From contig JAZNVH010000032.1 of the NCBI GenBank assembly GCA_045592745.1, positions 6,914 to 70,913 on the forward strand: 64,000 nt of DNA. Reading direction: 5' to 3'. Made by a program: the position numbers and the translations under genes. The notes beneath the pieces are model-generated. The model worked only from the letters and a program-made list of their open reading frames with translations. It ran no database searches and was not told the origin of the DNA. Every line of letters begins with the position of its first letter. Within the stretch, counting starts at the first letter, position 1. The DNA is from Candidatus Aphodoplasma sp. Its GTDB lineage: Bacteria > Bacillota > Clostridia > UBA1381 > UMGS1253. Shown here piece after piece: positions 34,927 to 44,669 of this stretch.

Positions 34927-35756
34927 GTGACGAAAGTGAGAAGATATGCCAGTGGTACACTTGATCCAATTTATATAGACCGTATATTACACGAAAGTGA
35001 AGTACAGCCATTTATAGAGCATGTGCACAGGTTTTTTGAGTTTTATTTTTTAATTGACGGGCATATTGATATGTTTATAGAAAACAGAACGTATCATCTT
35101 AAACCTTTTGATTTGCTCATTATGCCGCCCGACACGCTTCACAAGGCAATTTTGTGTGAAGATTATGTGCATGAACGTGTGGTACTTTATTTTGATGAAA
35201 GAACCGTGCATGATGCACAGATATTAAATAAGCTTGGTGAATATACGGGAATTGTTAACTTGCCTGTTGAAGAAAAAAGCGTGTATTTAGGCTTATGAAT
35301 ATGCTTTTGCAGGAAAATAAGGCAGAAAAATGGCATGATTCGTATGTTTCATCACTGCTTACAGAAATGCTTATTGTTATACTAAGAAGCTCATATGTTG
35401 AAGAGGTACAATCATCGGGGCTTAAGTTTGAAAAAATAATTGACTATGTAAACATTAGCTTTACTGAACAGGTTTCTCTCGGGAGTGTTGCAAAGAAGTT
35501 TTTTGTAAGCGAAGCACATCTTAGCAGAATTTTTAAACGCAACACAGGTTTTACATTTATGCAGTATATAAATTACAGAAGAATTATTTTTGCACAAAAA
35601 ATTTTGCTTGATGATAATGTTACAATCGGGGAGATTGCTATGCGCAGCGGCTTTGACAATCTGACGCATTTCGGAAGAGTTTTTAAACGGCTTACGGAAT
35701 ATTCGCTGCGCGAATACAGAAAGAATAATAAATCAGGCATAAAAAAACGGTCATAA
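34927..35756 (+). pseudogene. AraC-family regulator (cupin sensor plus HTH_18) split into two frames at an A6 run, either a frameshifted gene or a genuine split gene
   Basis: ORF 34927..35298 carries the cupin domain and ORF 35295..35756 carries the AraC HTH (...HLSRIFKRNTGFTFMQYINYRR...GF.NLTHFGRVFK...). Adding one A to the run at 35273-35278 gives a continuous ...LPVEEKKRVFRLMNMLLQE... Confidence 0.7.
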
Positions 35757-35768
35757 GACCGTTTTTTT
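35741..35768. terminator. bidirectional terminator between convergent genes
   Basis: AAAAAAACGGTC-ATAA-GACCGTTTTTTT, a perfect 12-bp palindromic arm that includes the A and T tracts. Confidence 0.8.
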
Positions 35769-36216
35769 AATCAATTTTATGTTCATCAATATATTCTTGC
35801 ATAATTTTTGCTGCAAGGTATACAAGCTCAGCGCAGGGACGCTTTTGATAGTACTGTGCAGTTCTTTTTTCGGGAGTTGGAGCGGTGTCTTCAGAGTTTA
35901 AAAGCTCGCGACACACTATTGAACCTGTCTGTTTTTTAAATTCATTTGCAAGCGTCTGTATAAGCTTGTAATGCTCAGCTTTTTTTGATGGCTCGTCTTC
36001 TTTTGTATATCCGTATAAAAGGCCTGCCACCATTGCCATCCCTGAAACAGCACCGCATACCTCTCTTAATCTGCCAAGCCCTCCGCCAAATGAAGATGCA
36101 AGGGTGTAGGCGGTTTTTTCATCCATTCCTGTCAGGTCACAAAATGCACACATTACCGCTTGTGCACAGTTATATCCGTTATTGAAAAGATTTTTTGCTT
36201 TATCTGCTCTGTCCAT
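35767..36216 (-). CDS. C_GCAxxG_C_C family (putative redox-active) protein
   Basis: 149 aa with N-terminal NCAQAVMCAF and internal GGLGRLREVCGAVSG motifs characteristic of the family, plus a conserved later Cys. Confidence 0.7.
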   Translation of the reverse strand: MDRADKAKNLFNNGYNCAQAVMCAFCDLTGMDEKTAYTLASSFGGGLGRLREVCGAVSGMAMVAGLLYGYTKEDEPSKKAEHYKLIQTLANEFKKQTGSIVCRELLNSEDTAPTPEKRTAQYYQKRPCAELVYLAAKIMQEYIDEHKID

Positions 36217-36261
36217 TTGTTTCTCCTTTGTATGTATTCTTTGAAAATGAGATTGTCTTAT

Positions 36262-37506
36262 TTATATAATATCTGCGACTGAAACTCCGCATAGATAACC
36301 GCTTGTCCATGCCCATGTAAGATTGTAGCCGCCACAATCGCCGTATACGTCAAGCACTTCGCCACATGCAAAAAGTTTTGGTGATTTTTTTGATTCAAGA
36401 GTATTTATATTAAAATCTGAAAGCAATGCACCGCCGCCCATAACCTGTGCTTGTGGTGCGCCTTTTGTCCCTGTAATTGCCATTTCAAAAGATTTTATTG
36501 CGCTGGCAAGCTTTTTAATTTTTTTATTATCAAGCGTGGATATGCTATCGGACAGCGAGGCTATATTTGCATGTTTGATAACAGACATTCCGATACGCTT
36601 ATTTAAAAATCCGCTCAAGAGATTTTCTGCCTCAAGATGCGAGAGTGCATCCCTCTTTTTTATTAAAATGGAGTATAGCTCATCTTCGGTATATTCATGT
36701 GCAAAATCGATTTTTAGTTTTACGTCGTGCTTTTTGCCATCGTTAAAAAGCTCTGATACATATCCGGAAAGCTGCATTATGGCAATGCCTGAAAATCCAT
36801 AATCGCAAAAGAGCAGTTCGCCCTTTTCAGTTCTTATATTTTTACCGTCGCATACAAGTGTGATTGATGCATTCGCGCGCATACCTTTAGCTGTTTTTAT
36901 ACACGGGTCGCTGCATCTTAATGTAGTAAGAGCAGGGTATGGTGCATAAATTTTGTGAGCGAAGGATTTTAATATATCAAGACCAATGTCTGAGCCGAAG
37001 GTTGCACTGCTTCCCGATGCTATTATTACGGCGTCGGCACGTATGTTTTGTGTTTTGCCTGATATATGGTAGACTAAATCTGATTTTTTTATTTTTTGTA
37101 CATCAAAATCGCATATAAATTCAATGCCGAGTTTTTGTGCTTCAAAACGCAGTGCGTCAAGAACTGACGATGCCTGCATACTGCGCGGATACACAAGGTT
37201 ATTATTTGATACGCACGTGATTCCTATTTGCTCAAAAAAGTTTATAATTTTATCAGGTGAAAAGGAGTCAAGCACACTTTCAACCAATTGAATATCGTTT
37301 GAGTGATATGCTTTGGTGCTCGTATCTGTATTTGTAAGATTGCATTTTCCGTTGCCTGTTGAAAGAAGCTTTTTACCTACACGTAAATTTTTTTCTAAAA
37401 TTATGACAGATATATCTTTTTTTATTTGGTTTGCGCGACGCTTTGCGCTTATTGCGCACATCAGTCCGCTTGCCCCGCCCCCGATTACGGCTATGGTTTT
37501 ACTCAT
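36262..37506 (-). CDS. HI0933/BaiN-like NAD(P)/FAD-dependent flavoprotein
   Basis: Dinucleotide-binding motif IAVIGGGASGLMCA and the C-terminal GGYNLTWAWTSG motif. Start taken at MSKTIAV (ATG 37506, after AAGGAG), which overlaps the upstream GH13 stop by 8 nt. Confidence 0.8.
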   Translation of the reverse strand: MSKTIAVIGGGASGLMCAISAKRRANQIKKDISVIILEKNLRVGKKLLSTGNGKCNLTNTDTSTKAYHSNDIQLVESVLDSFSPDKIINFFEQIGITCVSNNNLVYPRSMQASSVLDALRFEAQKLGIEFICDFDVQKIKKSDLVYHISGKTQNIRADAVIIASGSSATFGSDIGLDILKSFAHKIYAPYPALTTLRCSDPCIKTAKGMRANASITLVCDGKNIRTEKGELLFCDYGFSGIAIMQLSGYVSELFNDGKKHDVKLKIDFAHEYTEDELYSILIKKRDALSHLEAENLLSGFLNKRIGMSVIKHANIASLSDSISTLDNKKIKKLASAIKSFEMAITGTKGAPQAQVMGGGALLSDFNINTLESKKSPKLFACGEVLDVYGDCGGYNLTWAWTSGYLCGVSVADII

Positions 37507-39460
37507 GGTTTTTCTCCTTTGTATATGCTGTTTTGGCATTGTAAATTTTTATAGTCATTGGCTCTGTATGCAATACAAATCGTCCGTTTGCTGATTTGTG
37601 ATTTTCGTTATGTGCTATAAGCTCACATACATCAAAGCGTCCAAGCTCTATTGGAGCGTAGTGGTCGCGCTCTTTGTCGGTATTTGCGATTATAAGCTTA
37701 AAATCGTCACCTAATATGCGTATAAAGGCACTTGCTTGCGCCTCACCATAAACAATTTCAAAATTTCCGCCGGTGAAGGCACTACTTTGTTTTCGCATTG
37801 ATATAATATTTTTAAAGAAGAGATTTATATCATTTCCTGTTTTTGTTTCATCAAAGCAGGAGCGGCAAAATGGGTCGCCAAAGCCCTCTGCTGCAAGCTC
37901 GTCACCATAAAAAATGCAAGGTGTACCCGGAAGGCACATAAGAAGTGTATATGCAAGCTTTAGCCTTTGGGTTGCAATAGTTTTTTGCGTATTATCAAGC
38001 TTAAAGTGTGATTGCTCATCTTTTGTGAGTGGAGTAGGTATATTTGCAAGCCTTGTAAGAATGCGCTCGGTATCATGGCTTGAAAGAAAATTCATACTTG
38101 CCATAAATGCTTCTTTAGGATAGTTTTCGTAAAGGGTGTAAAGGCGAGAGTTGAAGGTTTTTGCATCGATATTGCAAAGAATATAGTCAATCAGTGCCAG
38201 CCGCAGAGGATAATTCATTACGCTGTCAAGTTGATTTCCGCAAAGATATTTTCTCAGCTCGCCATAGCTTATTTTATTTGACGCATCTTCCCATACCTCT
38301 CCTATGATTGCGGCATTTTTGTCCGTATTTTTTATTTCGCGGCGAAGTGTTTGCAAAAATTTGGACGGAAGCTCGTCTGCAACGTCGAGTCGCCAGCCAC
38401 TCGCCCCGAGGCGCAGATAGCGTTTTATTATACTGTTTTCGCCAGTTAAAATATAGTCTGTATACGAAGGGGTATTTTCGTTTACCGAGCAGAGCGTATC
38501 TATGCCCCACCAACAATCGTATTTGTCCGGATAACTACTAAAATTATACCAATCAAAATAGGCAGAGTCAATACTTTGATACGCGCCAATGCTGTCATAT
38601 TTACCTTTTTTATTAAAATATTTGCTGTCAGAGCCGGTGTGATTAAATACGCCGTCTAATATGATTTTTATTCCAAGTGCGCCTGCCTTTTGGCGAAGCT
38701 TTTTAAAGATTTCTTCATCGCCAAACATTTTATCAATTTTTTCATAATCGCCCGTGTCATATTTGTGATTTGAATAGGCTTCAAATATTGGGTTTAAATA
38801 TATGATTGTAACTCCCAAATTGGAGAGGTAGTCAAGCTTTTCTATAACGCCCATAAGTGAGCCACCAAAAAAGTCGTTGGCAAGGTATTCGTTACCAAAC
38901 TGTTCTTTTTTGTAATAGGGAATTTCTCCCCATTTGCGGAAGATTATATCATTTCGAAAGTTCTTGTTATCGTATGAGTCGGATTTTTTAAATCTGTCAA
39001 CAAAGATTTGATACATAACTCCTTCTTTTAGCCAGTCGGGAGTTTTAAAACTTTTATCATATATTGTAATTTGATAGGGGATTGGACTGTTTTGATATAT
39101 CTCTCCGATGCCGCCAAAGCGTGAGTGATTATTGCCATAATACAGAGTATGGTTATCGTATTCTATTTTGAAATGATAAAAAAGAATAGAAGGCTCAGAG
39201 GGCATAGTGAGATTTATTTGATAGATATATGAATCAAGCATTTTATTGTGATAGTGCATTGGCATTGAAAAAGAGACGTTATCTATAATGTATTCAAGAG
39301 TAACGTTTACAGGCCATTTTTCTGTATCAAGTGCTAGCTTTAAATTTACCTTTGCACAACAGCAAAGTGCGCCAAAAGGCGCACGGTAAAAAAGACTGTG
39401 TGAATTATGCTCTGCTTTCAATAAAAAATCCTCCTGTAAGATGGCTTTTTTGAAAATCAA
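37499..39460 (-). CDS. GH13 alpha-glycosidase (neopullulanase/cyclomaltodextrinase/maltogenic amylase-like)
   Basis: GH13 conserved regions DGVFNHTG, GWRLDVADEL, IGEVWED and FLSSHDTER. The N-terminal extension is of the kind seen in the neopullulanase subfamily. The TTG start overlapping the glgP stop is uncertain. Confidence 0.85.
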   Translation of the reverse strand: MIFKKAILQEDFLLKAEHNSHSLFYRAPFGALCCCAKVNLKLALDTEKWPVNVTLEYIIDNVSFSMPMHYHNKMLDSYIYQINLTMPSEPSILFYHFKIEYDNHTLYYGNNHSRFGGIGEIYQNSPIPYQITIYDKSFKTPDWLKEGVMYQIFVDRFKKSDSYDNKNFRNDIIFRKWGEIPYYKKEQFGNEYLANDFFGGSLMGVIEKLDYLSNLGVTIIYLNPIFEAYSNHKYDTGDYEKIDKMFGDEEIFKKLRQKAGALGIKIILDGVFNHTGSDSKYFNKKGKYDSIGAYQSIDSAYFDWYNFSSYPDKYDCWWGIDTLCSVNENTPSYTDYILTGENSIIKRYLRLGASGWRLDVADELPSKFLQTLRREIKNTDKNAAIIGEVWEDASNKISYGELRKYLCGNQLDSVMNYPLRLALIDYILCNIDAKTFNSRLYTLYENYPKEAFMASMNFLSSHDTERILTRLANIPTPLTKDEQSHFKLDNTQKTIATQRLKLAYTLLMCLPGTPCIFYGDELAAEGFGDPFCRSCFDETKTGNDINLFFKNIISMRKQSSAFTGGNFEIVYGEAQASAFIRILGDDFKLIIANTDKERDHYAPIELGRFDVCELIAHNENHKSANGRFVLHTEPMTIKIYNAKTAYTKEKNHE

Positions 39461-41898
39461 ATAGGGCTAAGATGCCATATTTTTTCGTTATACTCGCGTA
39501 TGGTTCGGTCGGAGCTGAAAAATCCTGAGTGCGCAGTATTTAAAACTGCTTTTTTTGTCCAAAGCTCTTTGTTTAAAAATTCGCGAGATACCTGTATTTG
39601 TGCAGCAACGTAAGCATCAAAATCGCGCACAACCATATATGGATCGGCAATTCCATAATCGCCGAAAAGCAAAGAGTGATACAGCTCTCGGAAAATTTGC
39701 GGATGTTGTGGCTCAAGAGTTGAGTCAATCAACATATCAAGTGCACGCTTTAAGGGAAGGTTACTTGAATAAATCGTTTGAACTTCGCCTGTCTGGTGAC
39801 GGTAGCGCGCAGCTACCTCGTTAGCACTAAGACCGAAGATAAACATATTTTCTCTGCCTGCCTGCTCGCTCATTTCTATATTGGCACCGTCAAATGTGCC
39901 TATTGTGAGAGCACCGTTTAACATAAATTTCATATTGCCTGTGCCTGAGGCTTCTTTGCCGGCAGTTGAAATTTGTTCTGAAAGGTCTGCTGCGGCAACA
40001 ATTTTTTCTGCAAGTGTCACGCTGTAATTTTCTATAAATACAACCTTTAATTTGCCACCGATGCGAATATCATTATTTACAAGGTCTGCAACGCTGTTTA
40101 TAAGCTTGATAATCAGCTTTGCCCTTTTATATCCGGGCGACGCTTTTGCGGCAAAAATAAATGTGCGAGGGGGCATTTCAATAGAGGGATTGTCAATGAT
40201 ACAGTTGTATAGATGCAATATATGAAGTATATTTAAAAGCTGGCGTTTATACTCGTGAAGGCGTTTTGCCTGTACGTCAAATATAGAGTTTATGTCGATG
40301 TCTATATTATTATGCTCTTTTATATATTTGGCGAGATGTTTTTTGTTTTCGAGCTTTATTTGGGAAAATTTTTCACAAAATTTTTTATCATGCGCAAAGC
40401 TTGCAAGCTCTTCGAGTAAAGAGGCGTCATCTAGCCATTTGTCGCCAATGGTTTCAGTTATTAATTTTGTAAGAGAAGGGTTTGCGTGCATTATCCAGCG
40501 GCGAAAGGTTATTCCGTTGGTAATTGCGTGAAAGCGCGAGTTATCAAGTCTGTAATAATCGGCAAATATATCATTTATCAAAATATCAGTATGAAGCTTT
40601 GATACGCCGTTTATGGCGTGGCATGATGCAAGGCAAAGATTTGCCATACTGATTTGAGCATTTTTATTGATGATTGCCATATAGTCAATTTTTGCTGCAT
40701 CGCCGGGGTAAGCCTTATTAAGCTTTTCGAGGAGGCGGGCATTTATTTCACAAACTATCATATAAATTCGGGGAAGAAGTGATTCAAACACGTGCGTCGG
40801 CCATTTTTCGAGTGCTTCGCTCATTACTGTATGGTTTGTATAGGCGCATGTGTTTTGGGTGATTTCCCATGCTTTGTCCCAGCCAAGACCTTCGTTGTCC
40901 ATAAGGACCCTCATAAGTTCGCAGATTGCAAGGGCGGGGTGGGTATCATTTATGTGTATGGCAATTTTTTCGGAGAAAATATCCCAATTCTGACCATATT
41001 TGTGCTTAAAGTCGCGCACAATCCACTGAATTGTAGCTGATACGAGAAAATATTGCTGTCTTAGACGCAGTCTTTTGCCTTCGTTATGGTTGTCTTCAGG
41101 ATAGAGCACCTTTGAAATAACCTCTGCCATATCTTTTTCTTCTACCGCGCGGGTATACTGACCTTCGTTGAAAAACTGCATATTAAGGTCGCTCGGGGCT
41201 TTTGCACTCCAAAGGCGTAGTTTATTTATCATTTTTGAATTGTAGCCGCAGACCGGCACGTCGTAAGGTACTGCAAGCACTGTGTGGGAATTTTCATATC
41301 TAAAGGAAAAGCGCCCGTCGTGATTGTCGGTATATACCTTTCCGCCAAAGAGCACTTCGACTTGCTCTTCGGGGCGCGCAATTTCCCAGACGTATCCGTT
41401 TTCGAGCCATGAATCAGGCTGTTCAAACTGATGACCATCAATTATTTTCTGGCGAAAAAGTCCGTATTCATATCTTATGGTAGAGCCGTATGCGGGAAGG
41501 TTTAATGTGCTCAGTGAGTCGATAAAGCATGCGGCAAGACGTCCGAGTCCGCCGTTTCCAAGGCCTGCGTCACTTTCTTTTTCTATAACAGAGCTTATAT
41601 CAAGACCGATATGCTCGAAAACCTTTACAAAATCGTCTGTGAGGGCAAGGTTTAGCATATTTGTGCCCAAAAGACGCCCCATTAAAAACTCCGATGAGAG
41701 ATAGTAGAGTTTTTTAGCTTCGAGCTGTTTTACACTGTCGTGAGAAAAACGCCATTTTTTCATTATTTCATCACGCACAGTATAGGCGCTTGCCTGATAG
41801 AGCATATTTTCGGTTGCGTCCTCAATTGTTTTTCCAAAATGGCGCATGAGTTTGCCTGTTATTTCATCATATATTTTTTGCTGTTTTTCTGTTAACAT
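39457..41898 (-). CDS. glgP: glycogen/maltodextrin phosphorylase
   Basis: 813 aa with the PLP-lysine region EASGTGNMKFMLNGALTIGTFDGANIE. Confidence 0.95.
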   Translation of the reverse strand: MLTEKQQKIYDEITGKLMRHFGKTIEDATENMLYQASAYTVRDEIMKKWRFSHDSVKQLEAKKLYYLSSEFLMGRLLGTNMLNLALTDDFVKVFEHIGLDISSVIEKESDAGLGNGGLGRLAACFIDSLSTLNLPAYGSTIRYEYGLFRQKIIDGHQFEQPDSWLENGYVWEIARPEEQVEVLFGGKVYTDNHDGRFSFRYENSHTVLAVPYDVPVCGYNSKMINKLRLWSAKAPSDLNMQFFNEGQYTRAVEEKDMAEVISKVLYPEDNHNEGKRLRLRQQYFLVSATIQWIVRDFKHKYGQNWDIFSEKIAIHINDTHPALAICELMRVLMDNEGLGWDKAWEITQNTCAYTNHTVMSEALEKWPTHVFESLLPRIYMIVCEINARLLEKLNKAYPGDAAKIDYMAIINKNAQISMANLCLASCHAINGVSKLHTDILINDIFADYYRLDNSRFHAITNGITFRRWIMHANPSLTKLITETIGDKWLDDASLLEELASFAHDKKFCEKFSQIKLENKKHLAKYIKEHNNIDIDINSIFDVQAKRLHEYKRQLLNILHILHLYNCIIDNPSIEMPPRTFIFAAKASPGYKRAKLIIKLINSVADLVNNDIRIGGKLKVVFIENYSVTLAEKIVAAADLSEQISTAGKEASGTGNMKFMLNGALTIGTFDGANIEMSEQAGRENMFIFGLSANEVAARYRHQTGEVQTIYSSNLPLKRALDMLIDSTLEPQHPQIFRELYHSLLFGDYGIADPYMVVRDFDAYVAAQIQVSREFLNKELWTKKAVLNTAHSGFFSSDRTIREYNEKIWHLSPI

Positions 41899-41912
41899 AA
41901 AAAATGTCCTCC

Positions 41913-43352
41913 TCAGGATACAAGACGTTTATAAAGCTTAAGGTATTCTTCTGCTGATTTGTCCCAACTAAAATCTGCACGCATAGCATTTCGTACAATT
42001 TTTTGCCACGATGATTTTTTATTAAAGATTTTGTGCGCATAATCAATTGTAAAAAGCAGGTCGTGGGCGCTATATGGCGAAAAGGAAAAGCCGTTTCCTT
42101 CGCCTGTGTATTCGTTGTATGGCTTTATTGTGTCACGAAGTCCACCGGTCTCGCGCACTATCGGAGGTGTGCCGTATTTTAAACTTATAAGCTGGCTCAG
42201 GCCACATGGCTCAAAGAGCGAAGGCATCAAAAATGCATCGCATGAGGCATAAATCTGATGGGCAAGTGCATTGTCAAAGCAAATGCTTGCACTGAATTTA
42301 TCAGGGTAGTTTTTGGCGTACCATAAAAATGTATTTTCATAATTTGTATCGCCGGTACCTAAAACGATAAGCTGGATATCACGCTCTTTAAGCTCGTGCA
42401 TAATTTGCTCTATAAGCTCAATTCCTTTTTGTTTTATGAGTCGTGATACAATGCCAAGGGTGAACGCGTTTTCGCTTTCTGCAAGACCAAGAGCTTTCTG
42501 AAGCTTTTGTTTATTTTCCTTTTTGCCCGAAACAAAGTCGCGCCTGTTATAGCATTTATAGATGTATTTGTCGTTTGCGGGATTGTAATGGGTGTACGAA
42601 ATACCGTTTGTTATACCTATAAGGTTATCTGAGCGTGTGCGCAAAATGCCGTCAAGACCCTCGCCATATTCTTCGGTTTGTATTTCATTTGCGTAAGATT
42701 TGCTTACTGTTGTGATTACGTCTGCGTAAACTATACCGCCTTTTAACAGGCTCATATTTCCATTATATTCAAGCTCATCTATTGAAAAATGTGACATATC
42801 AAGCCCTAAAACATCGGGAATGGCTTTTTTGTCCCATATTCCCTGATAGCTTAGATTGTGTATTGTCATAATTGTTTTTATTTTTCTGTAAAAAGGGTTG
42901 TCGCAAAACTGAGTTTTTAATAAAACAGGTATTGCGGCGCTGTGCCAGTCGTTTGCATGAATTATATCGGGGCAAAAATCAATATCGGGCAAAATGGAGA
43001 GTGCCGCTCTGCAAAAAAATGCGAACTTTTCGACGTCTTCGTGCATATAACCGTAAAGGTTATTTGATTTAAAATAAAATTCGTTATCTATAAAATATAC
43101 TTTGATGCCTTCGTGCTCCAATTCAAAAATGCCGCAGTACTGCACGCGCCAGCCAAGTGGCATTTCTATTGACTTTATAAACTTCATTTTATCTGTATAT
43201 TCTTTTGGAATACAGCCGTATTTTGGCAATACAAGGCGTATATCGACCTCGTTTTTGTCAAAATATAAAGGAAGTGTGCCGCACACATCACCGAGTCCGC
43301 CTGTTTTAGCAAACGGAACGGCTTCGGAAGCTACCATCAGGATATTTATCAT
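41913..43352 (-). CDS. glgA: glycogen synthase (ADP-glucose type)
   Basis: N-terminal EAVPFAKTGGLGDV motif; 479 aa. Confidence 0.95.
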   Translation of the reverse strand: MINILMVASEAVPFAKTGGLGDVCGTLPLYFDKNEVDIRLVLPKYGCIPKEYTDKMKFIKSIEMPLGWRVQYCGIFELEHEGIKVYFIDNEFYFKSNNLYGYMHEDVEKFAFFCRAALSILPDIDFCPDIIHANDWHSAAIPVLLKTQFCDNPFYRKIKTIMTIHNLSYQGIWDKKAIPDVLGLDMSHFSIDELEYNGNMSLLKGGIVYADVITTVSKSYANEIQTEEYGEGLDGILRTRSDNLIGITNGISYTHYNPANDKYIYKCYNRRDFVSGKKENKQKLQKALGLAESENAFTLGIVSRLIKQKGIELIEQIMHELKERDIQLIVLGTGDTNYENTFLWYAKNYPDKFSASICFDNALAHQIYASCDAFLMPSLFEPCGLSQLISLKYGTPPIVRETGGLRDTIKPYNEYTGEGNGFSFSPYSAHDLLFTIDYAHKIFNKKSSWQKIVRNAMRADFSWDKSAEEYLKLYKRLVS

Positions 43353-43376
43353 ATGTTTTCCTCCTTACTACGTTTG

Positions 43377-44510
43377 TTATATTATGTTGCCTTTTGCAGC
43401 AACAAAAGGATAGTTTGGTTGTCCTATGACGGTTTTGCCGCCAAGAAGTGTTACTTCTTTGTCAAGGACAACGTTTTCAAGAACGCAGTTTTTTTGTATA
43501 ATGCTGTTTTGCATTATGATAGAATTTTTTACTTTTGCACCTTTTTCAATCTGGACGCCACGGAAAATAATGCTGTTTTCTACGCTTCCTTCGATAAGGC
43601 AGCCGTCTGCAACCATGCTGTCAGATACGCTTGCATCTTTTCCGTATCGGGTTGGCACTTGGTCTTTTACTTTTGTGTATATTTTCTGTTTTGAAGAAAA
43701 CAGCTCTTTGCGAACATCGGGCATAAGAAAATTCATATTATTTTTATAATAACTTTCGATTGTGTCTATACGTCCCACATATCCGCTAAATTCATAAGCA
43801 TAAATGTTAAGCTTGCCAAGGTTTTTTATGAGGACATCGACTACCCAGTCGTGCTCTCCGTGCGCTATACAGGTTTCAATAATCCGAAGAAGGAGCGAGC
43901 GCTCTATGATGTATGTTTCCATTGACACACACTGACTTTTTGGGTGTGTATAATTTTTCATAATATCACTTACGCGGCCAGAAGGCGATACATTCAAAAG
44001 TGTATAGTTTCTAAGCTCTTTATCGGCTTTGCTTGTTTCCTTATTATATAATATTGTAATATCAGCTTGTTTGTCTTTGTGAAATTCAAGCGCTTCGTTA
44101 AAGGTTGTGTTATAGATTGCATTTCCGTTTGAAAATACCACATAGTCAGGCTTTGCTTTTCTGATAAAGGTGCTTATGCCGTACAAAACGTCTATATCTC
44201 CGGCGGGTTTTCCTGTGTTTTCTCTGCCTATATGCGGAGGCAGGATATAGAGCCCTTTGTTTTTTCGGTTTAAATCCCAATCTTTTCCCGAGCCAAGATG
44301 GTCCATAAGAGAGGAGTAGTTATACTGTGTAGCTATTCCTATTGTTCGTATGCCCGAATTTACCATGTTTGATAAAATAAAGTCTATAAGACGATATCGT
44401 CCTGCTATGGGCATTGCCGATATTGAGCGCCTCTCTGTTAATACACCAAGCTGTTTTTCTTTTATATCGGTAAGTATTATTCCTGTCATTTGATCCATTT
44501 TAATTTCCAT
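43377..44510 (-). CDS. glgD: glucose-1-phosphate adenylyltransferase regulatory subunit GlgD
   Basis: ...SISAMPIAGRYRLIDFILSNMVNSGI... resembles GlgC but lacks the GGxGxRL motif. Start placed at MEIKMDQM (44510); 44498 or 44489 are alternatives. The N-terminal 42 codons of the track ORF look non-coding. Confidence 0.85.
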   Translation of the reverse strand: MEIKMDQMTGIILTDIKEKQLGVLTERRSISAMPIAGRYRLIDFILSNMVNSGIRTIGIATQYNYSSLMDHLGSGKDWDLNRKNKGLYILPPHIGRENTGKPAGDIDVLYGISTFIRKAKPDYVVFSNGNAIYNTTFNEALEFHKDKQADITILYNKETSKADKELRNYTLLNVSPSGRVSDIMKNYTHPKSQCVSMETYIIERSLLLRIIETCIAHGEHDWVVDVLIKNLGKLNIYAYEFSGYVGRIDTIESYYKNNMNFLMPDVRKELFSSKQKIYTKVKDQVPTRYGKDASVSDSMVADGCLIEGSVENSIIFRGVQIEKGAKVKNSIIMQNSIIQKNCVLENVVLDKEVTLLGGKTVIGQPNYPFVAAKGNII

Positions 44511-44669
44511 AGCCTTTCTGCCCACAAATATTAATAAAAAATATACACGCCTTTTTTGTGGGCTGATAAGGCGTATAATGGAGATTGTGCACATCGCCGT
44601 TTCGTGTCCTGAAGGCACGAATGCTTGGCGGTGCAATAAGTTCTGCCGTGTGCATAATGATTTTTCACG

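Noticed and set aside
43353-43749. Plus-strand ORFs (113 aa, 107 aa) and the extended N-terminus of the glgD ORF (44511-44636)
   Set aside because: These are antisense or out-of-frame relative to glgD. The 42 extra N-terminal codons (MHRQAFVPSGHETAMCTIS...) bear no resemblance to GlgD and lie in the structured spacer.
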